From Camelus dromedarius (taxonomy: Eukaryota), in contig NC_087437.1 in the NCBI RefSeq assembly GCF_036321535.1, positions 21,392,001-21,456,000 of the forward strand: a DNA stretch of 64,000 bases. Reading direction: 5' to 3'. The notes below the pieces were generated by a model. The model was not told the DNA's origin, made no database searches, and saw only the letters and a list, made by a program, of their open reading frames with translations. Positions 13,090-25,012 of the stretch are shown here, in pieces; the first letter of the stretch is position 1; every line of letters starts with the position of its first letter. The position numbers and the translations under genes are program-made.

Positions 13090-14295
13090 GTGACACAATT
13101 ATTGCTCCCTCCTTCTTGAAACACTTTCTTCATTTGGCTTCCACACCATCAGGGTCATGCTCTTGACTTCCTTTCATCCATTCCTTCAGCCTCCTTTGCT
13201 GCCTCCCCTCCTCCCCAGTTGATGGGAGAGCTTTCAGATTTTGGTCCTCATGTATCCTCTAGCCACATAGGGCCTATATAACCTCAGGCAGTCCCACTGC
13301 TTTACAATAATTTAATATGAAATGATTCCAAAATTTCTGTATCTGGCCCCAAGCTTTCCTCTGAGCTCCAGAGTCACTTATTTCTCATTATATTAACTGC
13401 CTGGCCAATATCTCCATTTGGATGTTTTCAGATCCCTCAACTTCAATATGTTCAAAACAATTTCTGAGTTTGCCACAAAATCCTGCACTTCCCCAAGAGT
13501 TCCTCTTCTCATTAAACCACAAAGCTGCTTACTCACTTACACAAGCCAAATGCTGAGAAATCTTTAACTTCTCCCTGTCCCCATAGCCTAATTACTCAAT
13601 CAGTCCTGGTGGCCGTCCCTTCAAATACATCCTAGATCCAGTCACTTTTCGGCATCTCCAGTATCATGACCCCAGGCCAAGTCACCAAGCTCTGCTGTCC
13701 AAACTATTGGGATAAGGACCAAATGAGTCTCCCCTACTACCATGTCCCCCTCAGTCTCCTTACTCAGCAGCCAGAACAAACTTCTTAAAATGCTAAGTCA
13801 GGTCACACAACCATCCTCAACACCTCCAACAGCTCCCCCACTGACATTTAAAATATATACCACTCCCCATCCCCCCACACACCCCATGATCTAGCTCCTG
13901 CTCCGTTCCTGACTTCTTCTCTCCTCCTCCTACTCTCCCTTGCTTAGTTCCATCTACCAACGGGTCATTCTGCTGTTCTTCGAACAACCACAGTTTCTCT
14001 TGCCTCCAACTGGAATGCTCTTCCCCAGATATTCACAATGGCTGGCACCTTCCTCTTGGACTGTGACCTTAAGAGCATTTCTCTGTCTAAACGTCATTTC
14101 TTGAAAGAGGACTCTCCTGAACACCTAGTTGAAAGAGCTCTCCCTCACGACTACCACTCTCTCTCCTGTTTTATTTTTCTTTGTAACATTTATCATTGCC
14201 AAACATTATCTATGTATTTACCATCTTCTCTGTCTACACTCTAAACCCCAAGAAGGCAGGAGCATAACGGTGTCAGACACATATTTGTTGGAGAA
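13090..14295 (+). mobile_element. LINE L2 3' portion
   Basis: Pyrimidine-rich L2 motifs (cctctgagctccaga; tctccatttggatg; tggaatgctcttccccagat) ending in atatttgttg. Confidence 0.8.
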
Positions 14296-15099
14296 AGGAG
14301 GAGGGGAGAGATGAGAATGAACTGCTCGTGGCATTCTAAACTGGTATAATCATTCCAGTAAGTATCTTGACAAAATACACTAAAAGCCACGAAAATGGTC
14401 TTATCTACTGCAAAACGGCCTGTGAACATGACTGGCTATTCAGACAGCCTATTTCGATTCTGCCCACATGCTTCAGCCCACTCTGAGACCTGACCTCTCT
14501 GCGTCCCCGGCTCCAGGGCATCAGAAGAGGGTCAGCTCATCAAGCATCCCTATCCCCCAGGCTCCTGTAGCAGAAGGAGAAACGAACTGCATGCTGTGTG
14601 ATTTCTCCCAAATATACAAACAAAATAATGGGAGCACTGTTACCACTGGTTCAAATGCTTTCTGTTGCTTTAGGGAAACAACTTTGAATATAGCAAACTG
14701 TGCATATGGCTAGGAAGGTTAAGGTTGATTCCAGGTCCATTTTAAGCCAAAATATACTCGCTACTGGAATGTTCACCATCTTGTTGTTCAGGATAACTTT
14801 TATGTTCTCTTTTTTTCTAAAAACCATTATAATATCCTACAAGAAAATTCCCAATACACAGATTAAAACTTTCCTTCTTCTTTTTCCCAAACAGCACTTT
14901 AACAAGAGCAACGGACTGAAGTAGACCACTACTGATAATTTATCCTAACAAAATTAATTAAACGATAATGAAGCAAAATCTGTACCTGCTTATTGCTACT
15001 AGCACTAGGTTAAAAGCAAGGTCACTAATGAAAAGATAGAGATAAGTAATCAGGGTGTTTTTTTGTAATGCTCTTCTTTAGATGTATAATGGGGTCATA

Positions 15100-15595
15100 T
15101 CTGGAACTACCTGTCTGGCTCACAATGTAACGCTTGCCTCTGGTCACAACTAACCAAACCACTATTGGATATGAGTGAAACTAGAGCAGGGCCAGAGGTC
15201 CTTCCTAAGGAGGAGTTTGAAATTAGCACTGACACTGGCAGACAGGATTTGTCAGGCGGCCCCATCCCTTCCTTTGCACCTCTCTCCCTCTCTGAGCAGG
15301 CTGGTACTGTACCACGGAGCTTAAGATGCTGAGGAAGATGATTTGTGGAGAAACAGCAAGTAACAAAGCAGATGCACAGAAACAAACAGAGATGACAAAT
15401 GGATATCAAATTCCCACTTCGATTCCTGGTAGATTTCAAGTTTCTGGACCCGGATCTTTATGAGGGCCTGCTAAATTCCCGCTCTTGACTCCTTTGAAAA
15501 ATCCCTGTATCCTTATAAAAATTCCCTTTTCTTTAAGGTAGCCTAAACTGGTTTCTGTTACCTGCAAACAAACATTGCAACATAATAACCTAGGA
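15100..15595 (+). mobile_element. MaLR LTR (MLT1-type)
   Basis: Ends aaattcccttttctttaagg...ggtttctgttacctgcaaac. Confidence 0.6.
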
Positions 15596-16252
15596 ACAGT
15601 AAGGCAATTACAATAAGTCATTCCCCTGCATGTTGCAGTATTTACTTTCTCCATGGCATAATCCTTCACCGCAGCTGGAAACAAATCCAAGGGTACAAGG
15701 TGACAAGAGTGTTAACTTGAAAGCAAGCAGATTCAGAAACAACAGTCTTGAGCAGAAGAAAAAAATGAATAATTTCTCCAAAATATCTGAAGTCTAATGT
15801 TCCCCCAGGAATCATCTCAGGAAGGATAGCAAGATTCTTCTGAACAATGTCTGAGTACAGACATTTCTAAGAGTAAATTCAAAAGAAAAAAATCGAGCCA
15901 AAGAAAACGATTTCTCTCAATAAGGCCAAGTAACTGTTCAGAAAGCATCCAAACAAACTTATTACAGTCCCCAGAACAGGAAGGGGTGGGAAACTTTCTG
16001 GAGACGGCAGTTTTGCAGCTGTGGAGATGGAGCAACCTGGCAGCAACTTACAAGAATGCTACCATGCAGGTGAGAGCTGGGCATTCAATAGCATTAGAGT
16101 TTACTACCTTGTTCTTTAGAGAAACAAAAACAATGATAAATCAATGTCAGTAAACTGAATTTGATTAATCAGAACGGTGAAAGGAAATATGTGTAGGAAA
16201 AAGTACAACTCATTTTTTAAATACTTACATGTAAAAATGTACAAATACTTAC

Positions 16253-16267
16253 ATTTTTTGCCGTCAT
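16253..16267 (-). CDS. TFDP2: TFDP2 coding part of exon 2: MTAKN
   Basis: Minus strand reads GAC ATG ACG GCA AAA AAT|gtaagt. An in-frame TGA five codons upstream excludes an N-terminal extension. Confidence 0.93.
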
Positions 16268-16373
16268 GTCAAACTGTATTCAATTTAAAATTCTGTAAAG
16301 CCATTAAAAAACAAAGAGCAAAAAACAAAAAAACAAAAAAACTTCGTCTTCAATAATTCTTTAAAAGAACGTC
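16253..16373 (-). other. TFDP2: TFDP2 exon 2 (121 nt; 106 nt of 5'UTR plus the first 5 codons)
   Basis: Acceptor ccttttttttccctttgacag|GACG at 16374/16373; donor AAT|gtaagt at 16253/16252. Confidence 0.8.
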
Positions 16374-16419
16374 CTGTCAAAGGGAAAAAAAAGGAAATAG
16401 TAATGTAATAATAATAATA

Positions 16420-16640
16420 TTAATAATACTAATAAGCAACGTTTCCGTCATATTTACTGTGAAATGCATCATTAAGTAAATTATCTAAATTAATCTTCAC
16501 AACAACATTATGAATTATGTACCATTTTAATTGTTATTTTCCAGATAAAAATTGGGATTTAGAGATGCTAAATATTTTGAGCAAATCAACTCAGCTAAGA
16601 AGTGATAGAGTCTGGACTTTGAAATATTAAACTATGCTGT
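16420..16640 (-). mobile_element. MIR SINE immediately upstream of the exon 2 acceptor
   Basis: ttaatcttcacaacaacattatga...ttttccagataaaaattggg. Confidence 0.6.
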
Positions 16641-16659
16641 TGTACATAATCCACTGAAA

Positions 16660-17890
16660 GTAGCACCAGGGCTTCTTGGAGAAACAGCCAATACCAGCAC
16701 TGGGGCAGGAAACGTACAAGATAAAGCTAAAACATTTTCTTGTACCTAAAGTAAAGAAGGGCTAAAAAAATGATGGCGACATATCAAAAGTCCACAAGAG
16801 CCAGATTAACGGGCCTACAACTCAGAGGGACAAGTTAAGCCAACTTAAAGGGGCAATTGAGCACCAAAGTATATACTGATAACAACAGACACTAACAGAC
16901 TCTAAACCCACTGAATAAAATAATCCAGGAATTCATACTGATCGAAACAAATAATAAGAAAGAAGAGAAAGCTCTTCTTTATAATGCAATGACAACTTAC
17001 ATATATAAAGAAATAAAGCAGGTAGAAAACCATGACTTTATAAACATTGTGATATTAACGGGTTAGACAAGAATCATCAAAAGATGCAAAAATTAGTAGA
17101 TGAAAGTTGATGAGAAAAAGGGTATTTACAAAGTCCTGAAATATCTCCCCACTAAATACCTATTAATTCGAATTTTATAGTGAAGAAACCTGGCACATCC
17201 CACTTTAGCCAAAGTGATTAAAGCTACAAATGACCACCCACAACGGGACAAACCAACACTATGCATCTCCTCAAGCGCTCTGAGATGGATACAGTCTCAC
17301 TCCTGAGGTACTTCCCAAAATGCATAATCTAAATCTAATCATGCAGAAATAATAAAAAAAATTCAAGTTGAGGGACACTCCACAAAATAATGGCCTGAAC
17401 TCTTAAAGAATATTAGTATCATGAAAGAGAGAGGAAGCTTAAGAAATGGTTCAGATTTAAAAAGACTAAAGTCACATTTGAAATCAATTCAATGCATAAT
17501 CCTGGACTGGAATCTGGACCACAAAAAATAATTGCTATGAAGACCATTATTGGGGCAATTGGAGAAATCAAAATATGGTCCCCAGACTGGATAACTGTAC
17601 TGTTACATTTCCTGCTTTTGATCAGAGGATTATGTTCTTTTTTTAAGTGAATGTCCTTGTTCTTAGAAAAAAATATACCAAAATATTTAGGAGTCAAAGG
17701 GTGTGACAGAAGAAACTTACTTTCAAATGACAAAAAATATATAATACGTATCTATAGAGAAAGGGGAAGCATGTCTGGCAAAATGGTGACAATTGGTGAA
17801 TCTGGGTAAAGGCTATTCAGGAAATCTTTGCCCTATTTCTGCAACTTTTCTCTTATTTTAAAATTATTTCAAAATTAAAATTTTAATAAG
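16660..17890 (+). mobile_element. L1MC-type 3' fragment
   Basis: ttgagggacactccacaaaataatggcc; ggtgaatctgggtaaagg; ttctgcaactttt. Confidence 0.75.
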
Positions 17891-18753
17891 ACATTCAAGG
17901 AGAAGGATAAAATAAAACTTAACTTCAAAAAGACCATAAATAATGAGAGCCTGAAGAGATGGAGGCTCCAAATATGCCTTATATTCTAGAATTTGAATCT
18001 ATGAGTAAAAGGGAGGGGGGGGAACATTTCTACTTTTCAATAAAACAGTGTAATTTTCAATGATAAAGAAAACATATATTTAAAAAGCCAAGTAAGATCT
18101 GAACTACAACTGTGACTTTTGCTTTCCCACTGTAGCTGCAGATCTGTTCACGTCTGTCATGACCTGATATGAAAATCATGTTCCTACACTGAAGCTGCTT
18201 CACGTTTATCAATTATCTGTTACGTCTTCTTCAGAGTCACAAACATGAGATAAATAATGAAGCATAAGTTCCTGATATTCCATTCACCAAACTACCTACC
18301 ATATTCAAACCAAGAATTTAAGGCTAAAATATATGTATTTCATTTTGAAGATAAATTATTTAAGCAAGCTTGATTTAACAGATCTACATAAAACTATGTA
18401 CCTAACAGATATAAAGCATCTCTTTAAACACGTATTTACAAAATTTCTCCACATACAAAGTCACCAGGAGAGTAGTAGCAAATTGCAAAGAGACAACATC
18501 ATGCAGGTTATGGTCTGTGGCCACAATGCAATTAAATTAGGAATCAGTTATTTTTCAAGAAGTCATATATTTAGAAAGTAAAACTATATTATTGCTCAAG
18601 TAACCTAGGAACAAAAGGAAATTCGAAACATTTAGAGCTGAATGACAATGAAAATAATAAAAACTGTAAAGCATAGCTAAATTAGCACTTAGAAGTAAAT
18701 TTACACTTCTTTCCATTCATTAAGTGACCAACTTAAAAGCTTAAAAAGATCAG

Positions 18754-19125
18754 CGAGAAACTAGATATAGACTCACAGACGTGGAAAACAAACTATGGTT
18801 ACCAAAGAGGAAAGTGGGGGAGGAATAAAGGAGGAGTTTGGGATTAACTATTACACACTACTATATATAAAACCGATAAACAATAAGGTCCTACTGTATA
18901 GCACAGGGAATTATATTCAATATCTTGTAATAACCTATAATGGAAAAGAATCTGAAAAAGAATATATACGTATATGTGTAAGTGAATCACTATACTGTGC
19001 ACCTGAAACTAATATCCTGGAAATCAACTAGACTTCAATTTAAAAAAATGAAAAAATTAAAATCAGTTAACAAAAATGTACAATTTAAAATAAATGAATA
19101 TATAAAAATAAATTAAATTATGTTT
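18754..19125 (+). mobile_element. Young L1 3' end inserted into an older L1 ORF2 relic (about 18340-19370)
   Basis: gactcacagac...gcacagggaattatattcaatatc; flanked by the repeat aaaaagatcag (probable TSD). Confidence 0.8.
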
Positions 19126-19194
19126 AAAAAAAAGATCAGTAAGGACTCGAAGAAAGAAGAAAAGAAACAAAGAGCAAAAATTAATGAAATAGAA

Positions 19195-19334
19195 GGGGTA
19201 AGTTAAAGCTCAGTGGTAGAGTGTCTGCTTAGCATGAACAAGGTTCTGCATTCAACCCCCAGTACCTCCATTAAAAAATAAACAGATAAAAAAATAATAA
19301 ATCTAATTATCTCTCCCCAAAAAGAAAAAAAAAG
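19195..19334 (+). mobile_element. Vic-1-like SINE
   Basis: agctcagtggtagagtgtctgcttagcatg...cccagtacctcc. Perfect TSD aattaatgaaatagaa at 19179-19194 and 19335-19350. Confidence 0.9.
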
Positions 19335-19409
19335 AATTAATGAAATAGAAAAAAATCAAAATAACAGCTGGTTCTAAGTGTCCTGCTGCAAGTGGACATC
19401 TGCAAGTAA

Positions 19410-19660
19410 AGCAGCAGTGTAGCAACGTGGAGACAGCCTGGATTTTTTTTTTTTTTTTTTAATTTAGACTGTCTCAGCTCTGACGCTTATTAGCTGTGTG
19501 ACCTTGAACAAGTGATTTAACCTCTCTGGGCTTCAGTGTCCTCATTGGGAAAATAGATACGTAGAGTTTTTCAGGGTTATGGTAGGAGTAAATCAGGCGT
19601 TGTGTCGAAGTGAAAAGCATCAGATCCCAAGTCAATGTAACAAATGCCCACCAATTTACA
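19410..19660 (+). mobile_element. MIR SINE
   Basis: tagctgtgtgaccttgaacaagtgatttaacctctctgggcttcagtgtcctcat. Confidence 0.75.
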
Positions 19661-22075
19661 CATGAACACTGAACACTCCAAACCATGAAAAAACTCAATT
19701 GTAAATATTTTTAGATTGCCTTATGACCTACTGAAATACAGTTATAACAAAAAACAATGAAGTCTTTTCTATCCAAAGTACTTGTTAAATTTTAGAAAAC
19801 CTCTTCTATCTACCTATGGCAGATCCTGTTACCCACCCAGGATCATTTTCCTCTTCTTCTTTAGGAGAAGGTGAAGATGGCAATGTGCCCAACTGAAAAT
19901 GCTACATTCTCAGTCTCTCTCTCAGATGACTTGACCATGACATAATTCCAGCCAATGAAATATAAGCAGACATTGTTGGGCTGGGCTACCAGATTCAGCA
20001 AGCAAATGCCCTTTCCACCCCATTCCCTGTTTCTTCATTTCCAGAATGTGGTTGTAATGGCCAGAGCTCCTTGTCTCCATGCATCTGCTTCAATATTATA
20101 ATCAGCATTCAATATGGGGTTATATTTCCTAAGGGGTGGGCTATTGCATAGCACTGCTAATCACGCAAATAAAAAGAAATAAACAGGGCGTTACTTTTTC
20201 AACACACTGTAACAAGAAGCCACCAGTAAAAATACTTCTTAGCCACAAAACTGAGCTCGATAAGGCAAAACATTTTGTTTAGTACCCTCTTTGCATCTTC
20301 TCACCAGACATAAGCATAAACTGCAACCTCTAAATGTTACCTAAATAATAAATGTTTGAAATAGAGCCAAAGTGCATGAATGTCTTGAGCAAATTTACAT
20401 TAACATCTCTGCGCCTCATTTACTTCATCTGCAAAATAGTAATGGTACACCTACTTAATTAAATGAGTCAAGAACTGAAAAATAATTAGGACACTGCCTT
20501 GCAAAAGGTAAAGTACTCAATCAATGTTAAGGGAAAAAGTGGTTCACTGACCTCTCATGACAAATTAAGGTTTCTTCCTCCAAAACAAATAATACATAAT
20601 TCACATATAGTAGAAGTGCTAAGAACCACAACATAAATCCAATTTTAAAGCAGGAAAAAAAATGTTTAGTTGTGGTTAAGAAAAAGTCTAAAATTAACAA
20701 GAGTAGGCAATTAACTTCATTAATTTATTCATCCAGCATTTACTGAACATCCACTATGGGCAAAATACTAATGTAGACACTGGAGACCTCCTAGGAGATG
20801 AGAGAAATAGTAAGCATAAACCTTTAAGTGTAACTTAAATTGTATAAAATTACATTAAGATAAATGCTATAAAAAGAAATGGGATTGTGCTAGAGATCTC
20901 CTTCATTCAATTCAAAATCAAGAAGTAACCTGTACTGAGTGACAGCTTATAACCTTTTAATTAAAAAATATACATGCCTAAGTATTTTTAAGCCTTTCAT
21001 CTCTCTTTTTCACTGCCTTTAATCTAAAAATCATTTAGATTTATATGACTTCAACCAAGTGTCTAGAAAGTAAATAAACATTGCACCAAATGTTTCCAGA
21101 AACTGCCGTCTTTGGCAGTAGTGGTGGTTCTCAGAGACAAACCAGTCATGTGCACTGATGCATTTATGTTTCATCCAGACTCAACAATTGCACACTTCTT
21201 CCTGTCACCATGCTCTTCTGTTGGTTAAAAAAATAAGTCGGATTTCTTCTTCCAGCTTCATGAACACATTATGTCAAGCTCAAAAAGTCAATCTTAGTGA
21301 CCTCACCATCTGCCATGATCTCTTGTCAGATTCAGACAATGCAACTCCCACAGATGGTCTCAAAATGCAAGCCTCTTTCCTTTCCAATCACAATTTAGCA
21401 GCTGTGGGCACAAAGCCTTTTAAAATGGTACAACAGTAATCAAAATATAGGGAAGAAAGCAAAAATAATTATGGATAAATGTATACAACTAACATCACTT
21501 GAATAAAGTTTGTGAACTTTCTAACACTGCTGGAGAAGATGCTACTAAAAATTAAATTTCAGCAAAGCCAGCATATTTAAACAGAAGACAATGCTAATTT
21601 TAAATATCATGCTCACGTGTCAAAGATTGGAAAATACACAAAGCAATAAAACGGGGCACAAACAGCACTTCACAAAGGCAACTACAGTAAGTTTTTGACA
21701 TAACTTCCTTCAGTATTCTCTTTCTGCACTCTCACCTTTGGTAAGTGGTACTAATTAGAAGATATTTTCATAGAAAATGCTAGCACAGAACATTTTCTTA
21801 GGTGATGAACATATCTATGCACTCTCCTAAGCGCTTCATGTGTATAATCTCATACAGTTCATACCCCAACATTATCAGGTACATGTTTTTACTGTTCATA
21901 TTTTACAGATGACAAAACTGAGTTCTAGAGAGTGGAAGTGATTTACCCAGTTAACCAGCTATGTAAATGGCCAGAATATCAACCCAGGACCTCAAACGAG
22001 CAGACATGTTCTTAACTACTATGCTAACTTACAAAATATATTTGCCTTGAGATATAATAAGTACATCCTCAAAAA

Positions 22076-22246
22076 AAACCCCAAATTCCTTCTGTATAAC
22101 ACAGGGAACTATATTCAATATCCTATAATAACCTTTAATGAAAAAGAATATGAAAATGATTATATGTATGTATATGCATGACTGGGACATTGTGCTGTAC
22201 ACCAGAAATTGACATATTGTAACTGACTGCACTTCAATTTTTTTAA
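22076..22246 (+). mobile_element. Short young L1 3' tail
   Basis: acagggaactatattcaatatcc...actgactgcacttcaatt; flanked by aagtaYatcYtcaaaa repeats (TSD). Confidence 0.8.
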
Positions 22247-23184
22247 AAGTATATCTTCAAAAGATAACAAAATATATAATTACTATTGTAATAAATCTAT
22301 ATATAAAAGGATAACTTTCTACACCAAAAGAATTCTTTTTATATAGGACAAACCATGTATTACTGGATCAGGTTTTTCCCTTTTTTAAAGGTTCTTTTAT
22401 TTAAAATTTCAATATTAAATTTACATTTCTTTATTTTTCTGAGTAGAAAGTAAAGTTCCTCATTTTTACAGGTGTATAGTACTCCTTTAGATTGTTACAC
22501 CATACCTTATTCCACTATTCCTCTACTGATGGACATTTAGATATCCTAAGTTTCTACACTGGTGATGGTAATCATATTTTAATGACTCAGTCCTTAAAGT
22601 CTAATCTGCTCTCTGACCATCTGGCCAGTTCTGTGTTAAATCACTTTCCCATTCCCTTCTCTCATCTCGTTCCACTGGCCTTCCGGCAATTCCTCAAAGA
22701 CAGGCTCCTGTCTCAGGGCCTCTGCACGTGCTGTTCTCTCTGCTTGGAACGTTCACCAGTGGCTAACTTTACTTCCTTCAGATCTCTTCTCAAATGTCAC
22801 TTTCTCTGCCACTCCTCAGTCTAGGTCAGGGGTCTCTACTTAATGCTTCTCCTTTTACAGTACACAGCTGGTTGTCACTATCTATTTGTTTATGTGATTA
22901 TCAGATGTTGGCCCACTCTACCTACTAAAGAGTAAATTCCATGAGGGCCAGGACCTATCTATTTTGTTCACTATAATATCCCGTGTCTGGCACGTGGTTA
23001 GAACTCAAGAAATACTTGGTTTTTGTTTGTTTTTAAAGAAATATTCATTAAATTAATTATATACTCAGTATTTTATTTACTTTCTTCCTTTAATAATGTA
23101 TGATAACCTCATTTAATACGACTTGGCTGCAGAAAATGAGAAAACAAACATTTAACACATTCACACATCTGAAATATCACTATA

Positions 23185-23216
23185 TGTGTGTGTGTGTGTA
23201 TACTTACAAAATATAT

Positions 23217-23255
<39 letters not shown>

Positions 23256-23256
23256 G
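23185..23256. repeat. Compound (TG)n/(TA)n/(CA)n microsatellite
   Basis: tgtgtgtgtgtgtgt...acacacacacacacacacac atatatata. Confidence 0.9.
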
Positions 23257-23699
23257 CAGAGTTTTGCATGCCACTTTCCTATCATAAACAAAAAGTATAT
23301 TGGAGCCAGCATCATATTTGTGTTCATTAATTTCAAAAATGTTATTATGGGAAAATTTTTTATAATAGAGTTTATTTAATTTCACTAATGTTTAGGATGA
23401 AAAGAAGAGTAGGCAAGAGATAAATTTTAAAACACTTATTTACTAAAAGCTGCTCTCCCAAGGAACCAGCAACATCTTACATTAAAAAAAGAAAAAGAAA
23501 AAGATAATTGCCTTTATATTCACTGCTCACTTTTTTGAATTGAAAAAAATTTGTCCAGGTTTACACAAGCTTTTACCCAGGACCCTTTACACTGATAAAA
23601 ACTGGTTGACACTATAAACTAGCAATAACAATGTTCACCAGAGTCTTCCACACACGTGCAGAGGAATAATGGGTCCTGATGTCTGGACACCACTCATGG

Positions 23700-24245
23700 G
23701 TTCACTTATTCAGTAAATATTTCTTGACTGCCTGCTGCATGTCGAATACTAGGATGAGCATTAAAGATACTCCGAGAAACAAGACGCAGTCCCTACCTTC
23801 AGGGAGCCTACACTTTAACTTTGAAGCCAAGCATTAAACAATGAATTTCTCAATTAAACTACTTAATTACAATTACTTTCAGTGTTACTACAGAAAGAAA
23901 AAAAGATATAAAGGATGCATATACAAAAAGGGACTGGAACGCTGGTGGTTTTAGAGATTTCTCTGAGGAACTGAAGTTTGAACAGAGCTCAACAAAGAAA
24001 CAAACAGAGCAAACAGTTGGCAAAGAGAGGAGGTACCTCACAGCCCGAGGGTGCAACCATGAAGAAACGCATATGGGCAGTTCCAGGCACTGAAGGAAGG
24101 TCTATGTACATGAAAACAAAGGGCAAGACAGAAGCAAGAGGGAGAGAGAAGGATGGAAGCCAGATCATGCAGGACATTGTTTTTTTTTCTTTTTGATTAG
24201 ATTAGTGGGAAGCCTCAGAAAACATTTTAAGAGCTGAACATCTGA
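23700..24245 (-). mobile_element. LINE L2 fragment
   Basis: ttattcagtaaatatttcttgactgcctgct...gtccctaccttcagggagcctacac. Confidence 0.7.
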
Positions 24246-24884
24246 ACCAGAAATACTATGTTCACCAAAGATTAGGTAAAATGTATTTGAATTCTAATCC
24301 TTTAAAAATTGGCAATATTAGCAATAATATTCTATAATTTTTTGGTAACAGAAATGCTCACTCATTTCTTGACTATGCCAGACGAATGTGTATTCAACCA
24401 CCTACAATCCATTCATCCAACAAACACCTACTTCTACTGGAACAAAACTCAAAGCTTAGAATTAAGGGAAAAAAACAGTCCTCCACTCTCAAATTAACTT
24501 TCACAAAACCTATGCATAGTCAGTAACTCAAGAACACAGGCCTTTCTTCACCTTATTGACTTTACTTAACATAAAATTCTCAGTAAATTTGCTTATCTTG
24601 ATTTTCAGGTTTGAAGCCAATTATACTCAGCAGAAAGGATGCAGATCACATGGAGCAGGGGCTGGGCACTGTTACAGATGAGCACACTGACACAGTAATT
24701 GACAACTGGCAGCTTAATACTAAGGAAAATTAGACATTATTATTATATCTCACTAGGTAAATGCACTGAAATAGAATTCCTCCCTCATTCCCAGGCAAAA
24801 CTGGATTAATGACATGTTCTTACACATGCTTCCAGGACAAAACCCATGGGATTCTTTTGTTTCAAATATTTTCATAGAGTATAA

Positions 24885-25012
24885 CATTTATTTTGGTGGG
24901 GGGATAATTAATTAATTTGTTTGTTTATTTTTAGAGGAGGTACTGGGGATTGAACCCAGGACCCTGTGCATGCTAAGCATGTACCCTATCACTTGAGCTA
25001 CACCCTCCCCCA
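24885..25012 (-). mobile_element. Vic-1-like SINE
   Basis: gaggaggtactggggattgaacccaggaccctgtgcatgctaagcatg...ttgagctacaccctcccc. Confidence 0.9.
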
